This document shows, piece by piece, positions 47,312 to 59,022 of a stretch of DNA of 64,000 nucleotides. Made by a program: the position numbers and the translations under genes. Source of the stretch: Limisphaerales bacterium (GTDB taxonomy: Bacteria; Verrucomicrobiota; Verrucomicrobiia; Limisphaerales; SXTU01); assembly GCA_009773355.1 (NCBI GenBank), contig WRPG01000002.1, forward strand, positions 138,805 to 202,804, given 5' to 3'. Every line of letters begins with the position of its first letter. Position 1 is the stretch's first letter. The notes under the pieces were generated by a model, which saw only the letters and a list, made by a program, of their open reading frames with translations, was not told the origin of the DNA and ran no database searches.

Positions 47312-48652
47312 ATGCTGACCATCCTCGGACCCGCCCAAGGCCGTTTCTGTGACGGCGTTTCCCGGCGCAACTTCCTCCGCCTCGGCGCGCTGGGCCTGGG
47401 CGGGCTGGCCCTGCCACAACTCCTCGAAGCCGAGGCCAGGGCCGGCATCCGCAAGTCGCACAAGGCCGTCATCAACATCTTCCTCGCGGGCGGGCCGCCG
47501 CATCAGGACATGTTCGACCTGAAGCCGGACGCGCCGCGGGAAGTGCGGGGCGAGTTCAAGCCCATCAAGACCAACGTCCCCGGCATGGAGGTTTGCGAGC
47601 TGTTCCCGCGCCTCGCCCAGTGCGCGGACAAATACACCATCATCCGCTCGATGGTCGGCGCGGCGGGCGGGCACGACGCCTTTCAATGCCAGACCGGACG
47701 CGCGCCCCGCAACCAGCCGGCCGGCGGCTGGCCCTCCCTCGGCGCGGTGCTCTCCAAGGTCCAAGGCAACACCGTGCCCGGCATGCCGGCCTTCGTCGGT
47801 CTCGCGCCGAACACGGGGCACCGCCCGTGGGGCGACCCCGGCCCGGCGGGCTTCCTGGGACCCGCGCACTCCGCGTTCAAGCCGAACAAGGAGGGCAAGG
47901 AGGACATGGTCCTGAACGGCGTCTCGGCCAGCCGCCTGGATGACCGCCGCGCGCTGCTCACCGCCTTTGATCACTTCCGCCGCGACGTGGACAACAGCGG
48001 CTTGGTGGAGGGCCTCGACGCGTTCCACCAGCAGGCCTTCGCGATGCTGACCTCCAGCCGCCTCGCCGAGGCGCTGGACCTGAGCAAGGAAGACCAGAAG
48101 CTCCGCGACCGCTACGGGCGCGGCTTTCCGAACTTGAAGGACGATGGCTCCCATCGCCTGTTGGACGACTTTCTCATGGCGCGGCGGCTCGTCGAGGCGG
48201 GCGTGCGCTGCGTGACCATCGCGTTCAGCCGCTGGGACTGGCACGGGAACAACTTCGGCCAGGCGCGCGAGGAATTCCCGCTGCTCGACAAGGGCCTCTC
48301 CGCGCTCATCGAGGACCTGCACGCGCGCGGCATGGACCGCGACGTGAGCGTCGTGGTCTGGGGCGAGTTTGGCCGCACGCCCAAGATCAATACCAACGCC
48401 GGCCGCGATCACTGGCCGAACGTGTCCTTTGCGCTGCTTGCCGGCGGGGGAATGCGGCACGGGCAGGTCATCGGGGCGACCAGCCGCGACGCGGGGGAAT
48501 GCATTGACCGGCCGGTGAAGTTCGGCGACGTGTTCGCGACACTCTACCAGCAGCTCGGCCTCGACCCGCACAACGACATGGTGAGCGACCTGACGGGCCG
48601 CCCGCAGCACTTGGTTGACCCCGGCTGCGAGCCGCTGCGTGAGTTGGTGTAA
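47312..48652 (+). CDS. DUF1501 domain protein
   Basis: [44 protein letters not shown]. Confidence 0.9.
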   Translation: MLTILGPAQGRFCDGVSRRNFLRLGALGLGGLALPQLLEAEARAGIRKSHKAVINIFLAGGPPHQDMFDLKPDAPREVRGEFKPIKTNVPGMEVCELFPRLAQCADKYTIIRSMVGAAGGHDAFQCQTGRAPRNQPAGGWPSLGAVLSKVQGNTVPGMPAFVGLAPNTGHRPWGDPGPAGFLGPAHSAFKPNKEGKEDMVLNGVSASRLDDRRALLTAFDHFRRDVDNSGLVEGLDAFHQQAFAMLTSSRLAEALDLSKEDQKLRDRYGRGFPNLKDDGSHRLLDDFLMARRLVEAGVRCVTIAFSRWDWHGNNFGQAREEFPLLDKGLSALIEDLHARGMDRDVSVVVWGEFGRTPKINTNAGRDHWPNVSFALLAGGGMRHGQVIGATSRDAGECIDRPVKFGDVFATLYQQLGLDPHNDMVSDLTGRPQHLVDPGCEPLRELV

Positions 48653-48692
48653 AACGTGTGCCGGGGCACTATCGGCGGGGGGACATCGAGCG

Positions 48693-49034
48693 TCATCGCC
48701 ACACGCGCTTCCATGCCTTCAGTTTGCCGTCCGGCGCAAAGGTGAGGCGCAGCAGGCGGTCGGGGTCGCGCACGCCCTCGGTGCGGACGACGCGTCCGTC
48801 GGGGAAGGAGTGATAGATGGGATTGCTCCGGCCGCGTGCCACGAGCCAGTCCGCCACCCGCGTGCCGTCGGTGAGCGGCGCGCTCTTCTCCGGCGGCCCC
48901 ATGTCCTTGACGGCGGCGTCGAATGTGTAGCTGCCCACGCGGGCATCCCAGTCAAGCTTCGGCGGCGTGGTGCAGGCGGTCGCGAGCAAGGCCAGCAGGG
49001 CGGTGAGCAGGAAAAGTTGAGCGGTGGGTTTCAT
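48693..49034 (-). CDS. Hypothetical lipoprotein
   Basis: Lipobox LATAC, MGPP motif. Confidence 0.75.
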   Translation of the reverse strand: MKPTAQLFLLTALLALLATACTTPPKLDWDARVGSYTFDAAVKDMGPPEKSAPLTDGTRVADWLVARGRSNPIYHSFPDGRVVRTEGVRDPDRLLRLTFAPDGKLKAWKRVWR

Positions 49035-49041
49035 GGCGGTG

Positions 49042-50001
49042 TCAGGCGCGCGGGTGAGCGGCGGCGTAGGCTTGTTTCAAGCGCTCGGTCGTGACGTGCG
49101 TATAGACCTGCGTGGTGACGAGGTTCTTGTGGCCCAGCAGCTCCTGCACGCTGCGGAGGTCCGCGCCGTTGTCGAGCAGGTGCGTGGCAAAGCTGTGCCG
49201 GAGCTTGTGCGGCGTAAGGCTGGCGTCGAGGCCGGCGGCGAGGAGGTAACGCTTGAGCCGCTGCTGGACTTGCGTGGGGCGGATGGGTTCCACACCGTCC
49301 GCGTCGGCGAGGAACACGGGTGCGTCCGCTGCCGGCGCGTGGGGCAGCGCCTGCCAGTAGGCGAGGATCGCGCGCAAGGCCGGCACGCCGATGGGAATCT
49401 GCCGTTCCTTCCGGCCCTTGCCGCGCACCTGGAGAATGCGGTCGGTCTGGTTCAAGTCTTCGACGCGCAGGCCGCAGACTTCGCTGATGCGCAGGCCGCA
49501 GGAGTAAATCGTCTCCAGAATCGCGGCGTCGCGGAGGAAGTCGGATTTGGCGACGGGGTGTTCGCTCGTCTGACACTCGCGCTCGAACTCGCGGAGCGGG
49601 GTTTCGAGGAGCGCCTTCGCCTGAGCGACGGTGACGAACTTGGGCAGCCGGCGTTCGGGCTTGGGCATCGTGAGGTTGCGGATGGGCGATGCAACGACGT
49701 GGCCGCGGCGGATGAGGAATTTGTAGAAGGTGCGCAGCGCGCTGAAGGTGAGGTGAATCGTGGCGCGGCTAAGTTCGCGCCGGCTGAGGTGGCGGAGGAA
49801 GGCGCGGAAGTCGTCGCGCTGAAGGCTTGCCCACGCGGGCTGCGATTGTCGCTCTGCCTCGTGCCAGCGGCGGAACTCCGCGAGCGCGTCCGAGTAGTTG
49901 CGATGCGTGTATTCGGATGCGCCGCGATCCGTGGCGAGATGGGTGAGAAACTCCGCGACCCAGATATCCACAGGCTGCTCTGTTGGTTGCGGCGTGCTCA
50001 C
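49042..50001 (-). CDS. xerC: Tyrosine recombinase, XerC-like
   Basis: GLRISE, GKGRKER, HKLRHSFATHLL, LLGH, TQVYTH; GTG start preceded by TGGCAG-N17-TACTCT. Confidence 0.8.
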   Translation of the reverse strand: MSTPQPTEQPVDIWVAEFLTHLATDRGASEYTHRNYSDALAEFRRWHEAERQSQPAWASLQRDDFRAFLRHLSRRELSRATIHLTFSALRTFYKFLIRRGHVVASPIRNLTMPKPERRLPKFVTVAQAKALLETPLREFERECQTSEHPVAKSDFLRDAAILETIYSCGLRISEVCGLRVEDLNQTDRILQVRGKGRKERQIPIGVPALRAILAYWQALPHAPAADAPVFLADADGVEPIRPTQVQQRLKRYLLAAGLDASLTPHKLRHSFATHLLDNGADLRSVQELLGHKNLVTTQVYTHVTTERLKQAYAAAHPRA

Positions 50002-50042
50002 GCGGCAAGAGTAGTCCGCAGCGAGCCAGTCTGCCAGAGGCG

Positions 50043-50118
50043 AGTAGCTCGACATTCCAATGTCGAGTGTTCGGGCGCAGGTCAGGCGTGGCTCTCGACA
50101 TTGGAATGTCGAGCTACT
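50043..50118. repeat. GTAG-type REP doublet
   Basis: Perfect 25-bp inverted repeat agtagctcgacattccaatgtcgag / ctcgacattggaatgtcgagctact. Confidence 0.85.
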
Positions 50119-50125
50119 TGAAAGC

Positions 50126-50153
50126 GAAAGGCCGCCTGCGAAGGCGGCCTTTC
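50126..50153 (-). terminator. Probable intrinsic terminator
   Basis: gaaaggccgcc-loop-ggcggcctttc hairpin ~20 nt downstream of the redoxin stop. Confidence 0.55.
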
Positions 50154-50174
50154 AAACGGAATTGAGTTGGAGAA

Positions 50175-52012
<1,838 letters not shown>

Positions 52013-52015
52013 AGC

Positions 52016-52107
52016 CTCACGCAACGGGCGCGAAGGCCGCAAAGGCGAATCAAGGCGGGGCGTCCCCTTTCAAAATTCCTTTGCGTCCGCTGCGGCCTTT
52101 GCGTGAG
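52016..52107. repeat. CGCAAAGG-type inverted arms
   Basis: ctcacgcaacgggcgcgaaggccgcaaagg ... cctttgcgtccgctgcggcctttgcgtgag. Confidence 0.7.
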
Positions 52108-52112
52108 ACAGT

Positions 52113-52772
52113 TCATCCGTCGAACGCAAACCAGTGCCGGCACTGTAGCAGCAGCGCGAAGAGCCACACCAGCCACACGCCGCCTCGGTAATACAGCCAG
52201 ACGGCCACGGCGCTGTTCAACGCGCGGAAGAACGCCAGCCCCAGCGCCACGTCCCACGTCAACGCCGCCGACACGCTCTGCAGCTTCAACGCGAACACCA
52301 GCAGGCCGAACAACACCGTGGCGACCGCCGCGAGCTTCACACCCGGCAGCAGCCGCACAAAGAACGCGAATGGTGCGAAACAGAGGAAGAGTTGCTCCAT
52401 CGCCAGGTTGAACAGGACGTGCTCCGCCCACTGAGCCGGGTTGCGGGGAAAGTCCGTGGGCGCAAGCTGACGGAGCGTGGGATCGCCGAAATGGAACGAG
52501 ATGGCTGCTCCAGCGCCGCCGAGCGCGAGCGCGACCAGCCAAAGATTTGGCGAAACGCGCTTGGGAAAGACTTCGAGCCGGCCGTGCTTCTCATGCCACG
52601 CGAAGACCGCCCCCCACATCACGAGGGCTGCCCAGCCCACCACGGCTACGAGAAACCACACGTCGTCCTTGCGCTGCGTCCAGTGGGCGAGACGCGGGTA
52701 GCAGGCGAGGGCGGTGAGTGCGGCCGCGATGGCCGCGCGCAGCAGGACGACGGGTTCGGCGAGGGAGCGCAC
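52113..52772 (-). CDS. Integral membrane protein (possibly degenerate CPBP/Abi-like)
   Basis: Multiple hydrophobic helices; MEQLF segment. Confidence 0.65.
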   Translation of the reverse strand: MRSLAEPVVLLRAAIAAALTALACYPRLAHWTQRKDDVWFLVAVVGWAALVMWGAVFAWHEKHGRLEVFPKRVSPNLWLVALALGGAGAAISFHFGDPTLRQLAPTDFPRNPAQWAEHVLFNLAMEQLFLCFAPFAFFVRLLPGVKLAAVATVLFGLLVFALKLQSVSAALTWDVALGLAFFRALNSAVAVWLYYRGGVWLVWLFALLLQCRHWFAFDG

Positions 52773-52777
52773 AAGGA

Positions 52778-52865
52778 AAGTTCAAAGTTCCAAGTTTCGA
52801 GTTCCAAGTCGCTGGCGCAGGTTCGCGTGCCCAACCTTGAACCTTGGACTTGGAACTTGGAACCT
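52778..52865. repeat. Heptamer inverted-array element (GTTCCAA / TTGGAAC)
   Basis: aagttcaaagttccaagtttcgagttccaagt ... ccttgaaccttggacttggaacttggaacct. Confidence 0.85.
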
Positions 52866-52871
52866 GTCCGC

Positions 52872-53408
52872 CTACTTCAGCCCGCTCTCAATCATCTTCT
52901 CGAAGTCCGCGCGCGCGCCCTTCACGAGCGCGGCGGGGCCGGTGAGGCGGACGAACACGCTGCCCTCGCTGCCCTCGACGATGCCGCCGAGCAGCGCGAA
53001 GCCGGCCTTGGGCGTGGGCGGCTGTCCCGGCATCCCGCTCTTGTAGGTGCCCTCGGCGGAGACGTAGGTGACGACGGCCTTGGCGAACTTCTTTTCCTCG
53101 GTCTTGGCGTTGATCTTGTCGCGGCCCTCCTCGAACTGACCGAACCAGCGGTCCACATTCGCCTTCGTGCCGCCGCTCTGCGGGCCGAAGAAGAAGAACA
53201 CGACCTCGCCCGGCTCCTTGGCGTCCTTGGCCGTGACCTTGAGCTGGGCCTTGCGCATCTGCGACTGGACCTCGACCCATTCCCAGGAGCCGGGGCGTTT
53301 GAAGGTGAACTCACTGACCTTGAAAGTCTCGGGGCCGGCGGCGTGAACCGTTGCGGTGAGCCAGAGGGCGGACAGGCAGAGCAGGGCAGGGCGGAGCAGT
53401 AGTTTCAT
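52872..53408 (-). CDS. Hypothetical secreted protein
   Basis: Signal peptide; GGTKANVDRWFGQF motif; preceded by TTGCCT-N17-TACCAG. Confidence 0.78.
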   Translation of the reverse strand: MKLLLRPALLCLSALWLTATVHAAGPETFKVSEFTFKRPGSWEWVEVQSQMRKAQLKVTAKDAKEPGEVVFFFFGPQSGGTKANVDRWFGQFEEGRDKINAKTEEKKFAKAVVTYVSAEGTYKSGMPGQPPTPKAGFALLGGIVEGSEGSVFVRLTGPAALVKGARADFEKMIESGLK

Positions 53409-53611
53409 GCGCGCTCTGGTAGCGAAGCCCGCGCGCCAAGGCAAGCACCAAGGGCGTTGCTTATGGCCCATGCCCGGGAACTGGATGCAACTGGACCACG
53501 CGCAGAGTAGCTCGTGCTCGGTGGGGTGCCAAGGTGCGCTCCAGTGAACTTCTGATTGACCCCTGCCTGCCTTTGTTGGCTCAATGACGCCGCTCTAACC
53601 CAACTCGCCGC

Positions 53612-55933
53612 ATGGCCCACATCACCGCAGGGAGTGGCAGGTTCCAGAAAGTCACCGCGCAGGTTGCGCGCAGGCTGTCGGGACTGGCTTTGTTCTTTGG
53701 CTTGAACCTCGGGCTGGGATTGCTGGCTCTCGCTGCCGAGCGCTTCGACGACATTTCCGTTTCCCCGCAGGTATTCTTCCAGGGCCAGACCTACCACGGT
53801 TACGTCGAGATGCGCTTCGCCGTCGAGAACCAGTCCACCGACCGCACCCGCAAGGTCACGCTCGCCACGCCGCACCAGGCCCACGGCTGGGGCAACAACC
53901 TCCGCCGCGTCGAGCGCACCGTCACCGTCAGCCCCGGCGCGACGGTGAATGTCACGCTCTGGCAGCCGCCGCTGATGCTGAACGGCGACAACCAGGTGGA
54001 TGTCATCGTGGACGGGCGTTTTCGCGGGGCCATCCCGCGCGGCGGGAATAACCAGCACATGCAACGGCACGCGCACTCCGGCATTCCCAGCGGCCCGCGC
54101 GCGGTGCTGGTGAGCCGCAGTTTGAACAGCGACGACCTCGACAAGGCCTTTCGCGGCGGAGTGGTGGCGAAGGGGCCGAGCGGCCATTTCTCCGCCGACC
54201 AGGCCACCGGCGCGCCCAACGTCTCTGCCCGCTCCGCCGGGATGCAGGCGTGGGCGTGGACACCCGACAACTTCGGGCGTGGCGGCCCGGAATGGCTGGA
54301 GCTGGACTACAAGCCCGCGCGCACGGGCGCAAAGTTCCTCCGCATCCACAAGCTGGGCTGGGATCAGGCTTTCAAGTCCGTCGTGCTCAAGGCTGAGGAC
54401 GGCACCGAACTCGCCACGGTCATGGTGACGAATCATGTGAACCGCACGATTTCCCTCAACGTGCTGCAAGTGGCGCTGCCGACGCTGACCAACGCGATTG
54501 CCACCATCCGCCTGAATGTCAACGCCTCCGGCGCGGGCAACCAGGTGGGCGTGGATGCGGTGGAGTTGTCCGACGGCTCGACGTCCAGCTTCGCGGCGGA
54601 CGCCCGCGCCAGCAGCACCTGGGCGACGCGCATGTCGCACTCGTCGTCCTCCACGACCTATCAAGGGCCGACTGTGCTGCGCAGCGAACTGGAAGCGACC
54701 GGCTGGAGCGAGGCATGGCTGGCGTTCACGGCCTTCGACCTCGTGGTGCTGTCGCGTGGCGACCTCGCGGCGATGAACGCAGCGCAGCAGAACGCGTTGC
54801 GCAGCTACGTGGAGGCGGGCGGTGGACTGGCGGTGCTGGGCCTGACGGAGTTGCCGAAGGCTTGGGCAAGCGGGGCGTCGCAAAAGGTGGCCGACACCCG
54901 AAACTCAACCCTCGCCCGCTCTTACCTGGGCTTTGGCCAGGTTCTGTTGCTTGGTGCTGGCAACATTGTCGGATTGGAGCGGCTTCAGGTGGATGCGCTG
55001 CGCGAGCTTGCCCGCGAGTGCGGCCAGGTCTGGCAGTCCATGCCCACCGAGGGCAACGCGAACACCGAGTTCCCCGTCATCGAGGACGCGCGCATCCCCG
55101 TGCGCGGCATCGTGTTCATCATGCTGGCGTTCATCCTCGTGGTCGGGCCGGTCAACATCTTCTTCTGCGCCCGCGCCAACAATCGCATCGCGATGCTCTG
55201 GACCATCCCGCTGATTTCCTTCGTCACCTGCGCCGTCGTGTTTGGTTACTCGCTGATGAGCGAGGGCATCACGCCCACCACGCGCACGGAGGCGCTGACC
55301 ATTCTCGACCAGGTGTCGCACCGCGCCACCACGCTCGCGCGGCAGGCGTTTTACACGCCGCTCACGCCCGGCGACGGCCTCCGCTACAGCCACGACACCG
55401 AGGTCACGCCGCTCGTGGACGTGAACCGCTACAACGGCGGCAACTCGCGCGAGCTGGAGCTGTCGCAAGCGCAGCACCTCGTGCGCGGCTGGATTACGGC
55501 GCGCGTGCCGGCGCACTTCGCGCTGCGCAAGTCCGAGACGCGCCGCGAGCGCATCACGGTGCAGAAGCTGCCGGACGGCCGCGTCACCGTGGTCAACGGC
55601 TTGGGTGCGGACGTCCAGACGCTGTGGCTGCGCGATGACAAGGGGCGCTTGTTCAAGGGCGAGGCGTTGAAGGCGGGGCAGAATGTGGCGCTGGGAGCGC
55701 CTGAACAAGTTAGTGAGAGAAGCACCACCGTTGATTTGGCGAGCGTGTATCAAGGCTCGTGGGCAGGCGCGCATGATGCGTTTGTGTTGTCGCCCGCGAG
55801 CCATCTGCGCCCCAACACCTACCTCGCCGTGCTCGCCGAAGCCCCTTTCATCGAAACCGGCCTCGCCAAGCCCGGCAAGGCCCGCGCCCGCCAGACCATC
55901 ATCGGCGTGCTCGCCCCGGAGGATGTGAAATGA
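53612..55933 (+). CDS. Large membrane-anchored hypothetical protein of the ABC/VWA operon
   Basis: N-terminal hydrophobic segment, GATase-like YVEAGGGL, TM pair ILVVGPVN...WTIPLIS. Confidence 0.8.
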   Translation: MAHITAGSGRFQKVTAQVARRLSGLALFFGLNLGLGLLALAAERFDDISVSPQVFFQGQTYHGYVEMRFAVENQSTDRTRKVTLATPHQAHGWGNNLRRVERTVTVSPGATVNVTLWQPPLMLNGDNQVDVIVDGRFRGAIPRGGNNQHMQRHAHSGIPSGPRAVLVSRSLNSDDLDKAFRGGVVAKGPSGHFSADQATGAPNVSARSAGMQAWAWTPDNFGRGGPEWLELDYKPARTGAKFLRIHKLGWDQAFKSVVLKAEDGTELATVMVTNHVNRTISLNVLQVALPTLTNAIATIRLNVNASGAGNQVGVDAVELSDGSTSSFAADARASSTWATRMSHSSSSTTYQGPTVLRSELEATGWSEAWLAFTAFDLVVLSRGDLAAMNAAQQNALRSYVEAGGGLAVLGLTELPKAWASGASQKVADTRNSTLARSYLGFGQVLLLGAGNIVGLERLQVDALRELARECGQVWQSMPTEGNANTEFPVIEDARIPVRGIVFIMLAFILVVGPVNIFFCARANNRIAMLWTIPLISFVTCAVVFGYSLMSEGITPTTRTEALTILDQVSHRATTLARQAFYTPLTPGDGLRYSHDTEVTPLVDVNRYNGGNSRELELSQAQHLVRGWITARVPAHFALRKSETRRERITVQKLPDGRVTVVNGLGADVQTLWLRDDKGRLFKGEALKAGQNVALGAPEQVSERSTTVDLASVYQGSWAGAHDAFVLSPASHLRPNTYLAVLAEAPFIETGLAKPGKARARQTIIGVLAPEDVK

Positions 55934-56208
55934 AGCTCGCAATGCCCAACCCAGTTTGTGTGCCGGGTGCGTCTTGGACTGCGCTGGCAGAGCGCAGCGG
56001 CGACAGCGCTTTGGCTTCCCGCGAAGCGGAGGCCTCGGAGTTTAATTTCGTGCGCCGGCAGGAAACCGCTCTGCGGGACCGGAAAGCGGCGTCGCGCTCC
56101 GCTTGCCGCCGCAGTCCAAGAGGCGCTCGTTGCTCCGATGCGGTTTGGAGCTTGGCGCTTGGAGCTTCTTTGGAGCTTGGAACTTGGGATTTGGAGGGCG
56201 CGTCATGA
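55930..56208 (+). other. Repeat-derived junction ORF (92 aa) over a REP doublet (55972-56121) and TTGGARC heptamers (56143-56195)
   Basis: ATGA overlap with the upstream stop and ATGA overlap with the downstream start. Confidence 0.6.
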
Positions 56209-57134
56209 AAGTTCAAGTCCGCGGCCTTCACAAACGCTTCGGCAAGACCGTGGCGGTGGACAACTTCACATTCTCCTTCGACAACGGCCATGTCTTTGGC
56301 TTCGTCGGGCCGAACGGCGCGGGCAAGACCACGACGATGCGTGTCATCGCGACGCTGGAGGAGCCGACCGAGGGCGATGTGCTCATCAACGGCATCTCCG
56401 TCCGCGAGGAGCCGGAGTATGCCCGCCGCAGCGTCGGCTACGTGCCCGACTCGCTGCCCGCGCACAACGACGTGACCGTCCACGAGTATCTGGACTTTTA
56501 CGCGCGGGCCTACGGCTTGCAGGGCGCGAAGCGGCGCGAGGCGGTCGGCGCGGTCGAGGAGTTCACGGGCGTCACGGGCATCCTCGACAAGCATCTCAAG
56601 GCGCTCTCCAAGGGCATGAAGCAGCGCGTCACGCTGGGCCGTGCGCTCATCCACAACCCCGATGTGCTCATCCTCGACGAGCCTGCCGCCGGCCTCGACC
56701 CGCGCGCGCGTGTCGAGTTGCGCGAGCTGCTGGCCGTGCTCGCCACGCAGAACAAGGCCATCCTCATCAGCTCGCACATCCTCACGGAGCTGACCGAGAT
56801 TTGTAACGGCGTGGTCATCGTCGAGCGCGGCAAGCTGTTGGAGTCCGGCACCGTGGCGGACGTGCTCAAGAAGTCCACGCCGCACCGCGCCTTCGCCATC
56901 CGCGTGCTGGGCGAGGCGTCCGCGCTCGTGAAGGAACTGCTGCAAACGCCCCATGTCATCAATGCCCGCGAAGTTGGTGGCGAGGTGTTGTTGGAATTGG
57001 AGGGCGAAGAATCCGCCGGCTGCGAGTTGCTCTCGGCTCTCGTCGGCAAGGGCTTCAAGGTCGCCGAGTTCAAGCAGAGCAAGGCGAACCTGGAGGACAT
57101 CTTCATGAACGTGACGAAGGGAGGGGTGCAATGA
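56205..57134 (+). CDS. ABC transporter ATP-binding protein
   Basis: GPNGAGKTT, LSKGMKQR, ILDEP, SSHIL. Confidence 0.95.
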   Translation: MKVQVRGLHKRFGKTVAVDNFTFSFDNGHVFGFVGPNGAGKTTTMRVIATLEEPTEGDVLINGISVREEPEYARRSVGYVPDSLPAHNDVTVHEYLDFYARAYGLQGAKRREAVGAVEEFTGVTGILDKHLKALSKGMKQRVTLGRALIHNPDVLILDEPAAGLDPRARVELRELLAVLATQNKAILISSHILTELTEICNGVVIVERGKLLESGTVADVLKKSTPHRAFAIRVLGEASALVKELLQTPHVINAREVGGEVLLELEGEESAGCELLSALVGKGFKVAEFKQSKANLEDIFMNVTKGGVQ

Positions 57135-57262
57135 GCGCGAAGCGAAACGGAGTGGTGGAGTGTTGGAGTGCTGGAGTGCTGACCCAAAACGCACCGGCAT
57201 CGTCCGCGCAGTTCCACCACTCCATTACTCCATCACTCCACCACTCCGCTGTCCCCCGATGA
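57131..57262 (+). other. Repeat-derived junction ORF (43 aa) over octamer inverted arrays (GGAGTGNT / CACTCCAY, 57149-57247)
   Basis: MSAKRNGVVECWSAGVL...HHSITPSLHHSAVPR*; ATGA overlaps at both ends. Confidence 0.6.
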
Positions 57263-58824
57263 ACTTCCCCACCCCTTCCAACTGGCGCACCTGGGAACCC
57301 AATCCCATCGTTGTGAAGGAGCTTCGGCAGGCCGTGCGGAGCTGGGCGGTCACGGGAATGCTGATGGTGTTCCTCGCCGTCTTGTTCTTCGTCACTGTTG
57401 GCTTCCTGCTGGGACAGAGCTTTCACATCAGTCCGAACCAGGCGCTGGGCCGGGACATTTTCCAGTTCTTCCTGCCAGTGTTGAGCCTCGTCGGCTTCGT
57501 GTTCATCCCGGTCTATGTCGGCGGACGGCTCACGGCGGAGCGGCTGGAGGGCAACGTGGACATGCTCTACATCACCACGCTCTCGGCGGCGCGCATCATC
57601 CGGGGCAAGCTGCTCTGCGGCATCTATCTCACCGTGTTGTTCTTCAGCGTGTGCGCGCCGTTCATGGTGTTCACGAATCTGCTGCGCGGCATTGACCTGC
57701 CGACGGTGTTCGTGCTGCTGGTCATCGCGTTCCTGCTGTCCATCCTGTCGTTGCAGGCGGCGATTTTCCTGTCCTGCCTGCCCGCGAGCAAAGGGCTGAA
57801 ACTCCTCGTCGGCCTGCCGGCGGGCGGGTTCATGATGAGCCTGGTCGGCATGATGACCGCGATGGCGCATGAACTCATGCGCGAGGGCGTCGGCAGCCGG
57901 CTGGGGACGTGGAACTTCTGGGGGCCGGCGTTGAGCCTGTTGTTCATTGGCCTGCTGCTGTTTGGCTTCCTGCATCTGGCGGCCATCGCGCTGATTTCGC
58001 CGCCGTCGGCCAACCGCGCGCTGCCGTTGCGCGGCTATGTGACGGGGGCGTGGCTGCTCACGGTGGTCGTCGCGGTGATTTGGGCCGTGACCGAGGCCAG
58101 CCCGTGGCCCGTGCTTGCCTGGTCGTCGTTCACGACTGGCGTGCTCGTTCTCGCGCTGCTGATTTCCGCAGCGGAGGGCGATGACCAAAGCGTTCGCATC
58201 CGACGCACCATCCCTGAGTTTGGGCCAAAGCGAGGGCTGGCGTTCTTCTTATACAGCAGCACTGCGGGCGGGCTGGCGTGGACCGTCGTGCTCGCTGCTG
58301 CCACGATGGTGTTCACCTGGCTGGTGTTGGATGGTGGACTCTTTGACTGGCTGCTGGCGCTTTGGCGGGCGGGCGGCACCACCTCCGGGCGGATTAGTCA
58401 CGGCGACTTGGACAATTTCACTCGCTTCCTTTCCACTATTTTCCTCTATGCCCTCGCCTACGTGCTGCTCGGCCTGTTCATCTATCGCCGCTTTCAGCCT
58501 CATCGTCCGCCCATCTTTGCCGCGATGACCGCCGTCGCGCTGCCCGCGCTCTGGGCCATCGTGCCGAACCTCGTGCTGTTCTTCCTCAACAAGCTCTCAT
58601 GGGATGCGTTGCAGGAGCGACAGCTTGGCAACATCTTCAACGTCTTCGCGATGAAGGACCGCAGCTTCATCGTGGACCACCAGCTTTGCGCGCTGGCGCT
58701 GGTGACCATCGGCGTCGTGCTGAACCTGAGATGGTTCCTCGCCCAACGCGCCGCCTTCCAACCGCTGCGGCGCGAAACTCTGCCCGTCGTCCCGCCGCCC
58801 AGCCATGACCGTGCGCCCGTTTAA
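57259..58824 (+). CDS. ABC-2 type permease-like membrane protein
   Basis: NPIVVKELRQAVR, ER..GNVDMLYITTLS..RIIRGKL, many TM helices. Confidence 0.85.
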   Translation: MNFPTPSNWRTWEPNPIVVKELRQAVRSWAVTGMLMVFLAVLFFVTVGFLLGQSFHISPNQALGRDIFQFFLPVLSLVGFVFIPVYVGGRLTAERLEGNVDMLYITTLSAARIIRGKLLCGIYLTVLFFSVCAPFMVFTNLLRGIDLPTVFVLLVIAFLLSILSLQAAIFLSCLPASKGLKLLVGLPAGGFMMSLVGMMTAMAHELMREGVGSRLGTWNFWGPALSLLFIGLLLFGFLHLAAIALISPPSANRALPLRGYVTGAWLLTVVVAVIWAVTEASPWPVLAWSSFTTGVLVLALLISAAEGDDQSVRIRRTIPEFGPKRGLAFFLYSSTAGGLAWTVVLAAATMVFTWLVLDGGLFDWLLALWRAGGTTSGRISHGDLDNFTRFLSTIFLYALAYVLLGLFIYRRFQPHRPPIFAAMTAVALPALWAIVPNLVLFFLNKLSWDALQERQLGNIFNVFAMKDRSFIVDHQLCALALVTIGVVLNLRWFLAQRAAFQPLRRETLPVVPPPSHDRAPV

Positions 58825-59020
58825 CGCCAGGCCGCAAAGGCGCAGAGACGCGTCCTCATCCGCCGCCGGAGCGCAGGTGTCCAACCTGCGTGGTCGGAAC
58901 GGCAAAGAACACGCAGGTTGGACACTTGCGCTCCTTCCAAGGTTGGAAGTTGAGCGTTGGACGTTGAGCGTTTCCCCCGCCCGCTTTCCCGCTTTCCCAC
59001 TTTCCCACCTGCTCCGTTAG
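58805..59020 (+). other. Repeat-derived junction ORF (71 aa) over a REP doublet (58868-58934), GTTGRRC heptamers and CTTTCCCR octamers
   Basis: Starts within the last 20 nt of the permease gene; its stop ends 2 nt before the DUF58 ATG. Confidence 0.55.
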
Positions 59021-59022
59021 CC

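Noticed and set aside
49042-50001. Prophage or island integrase
   Set aside because: Size and motifs fit housekeeping XerC; flanks are ordinary genes; no att repeats or phage genes
52773-52871. Relay ORF across the heptamer array between two co-oriented genes
   Set aside because: No ATG/GTG near the upstream stop and no stop at the downstream start; a counter-example showing the pattern is not universal
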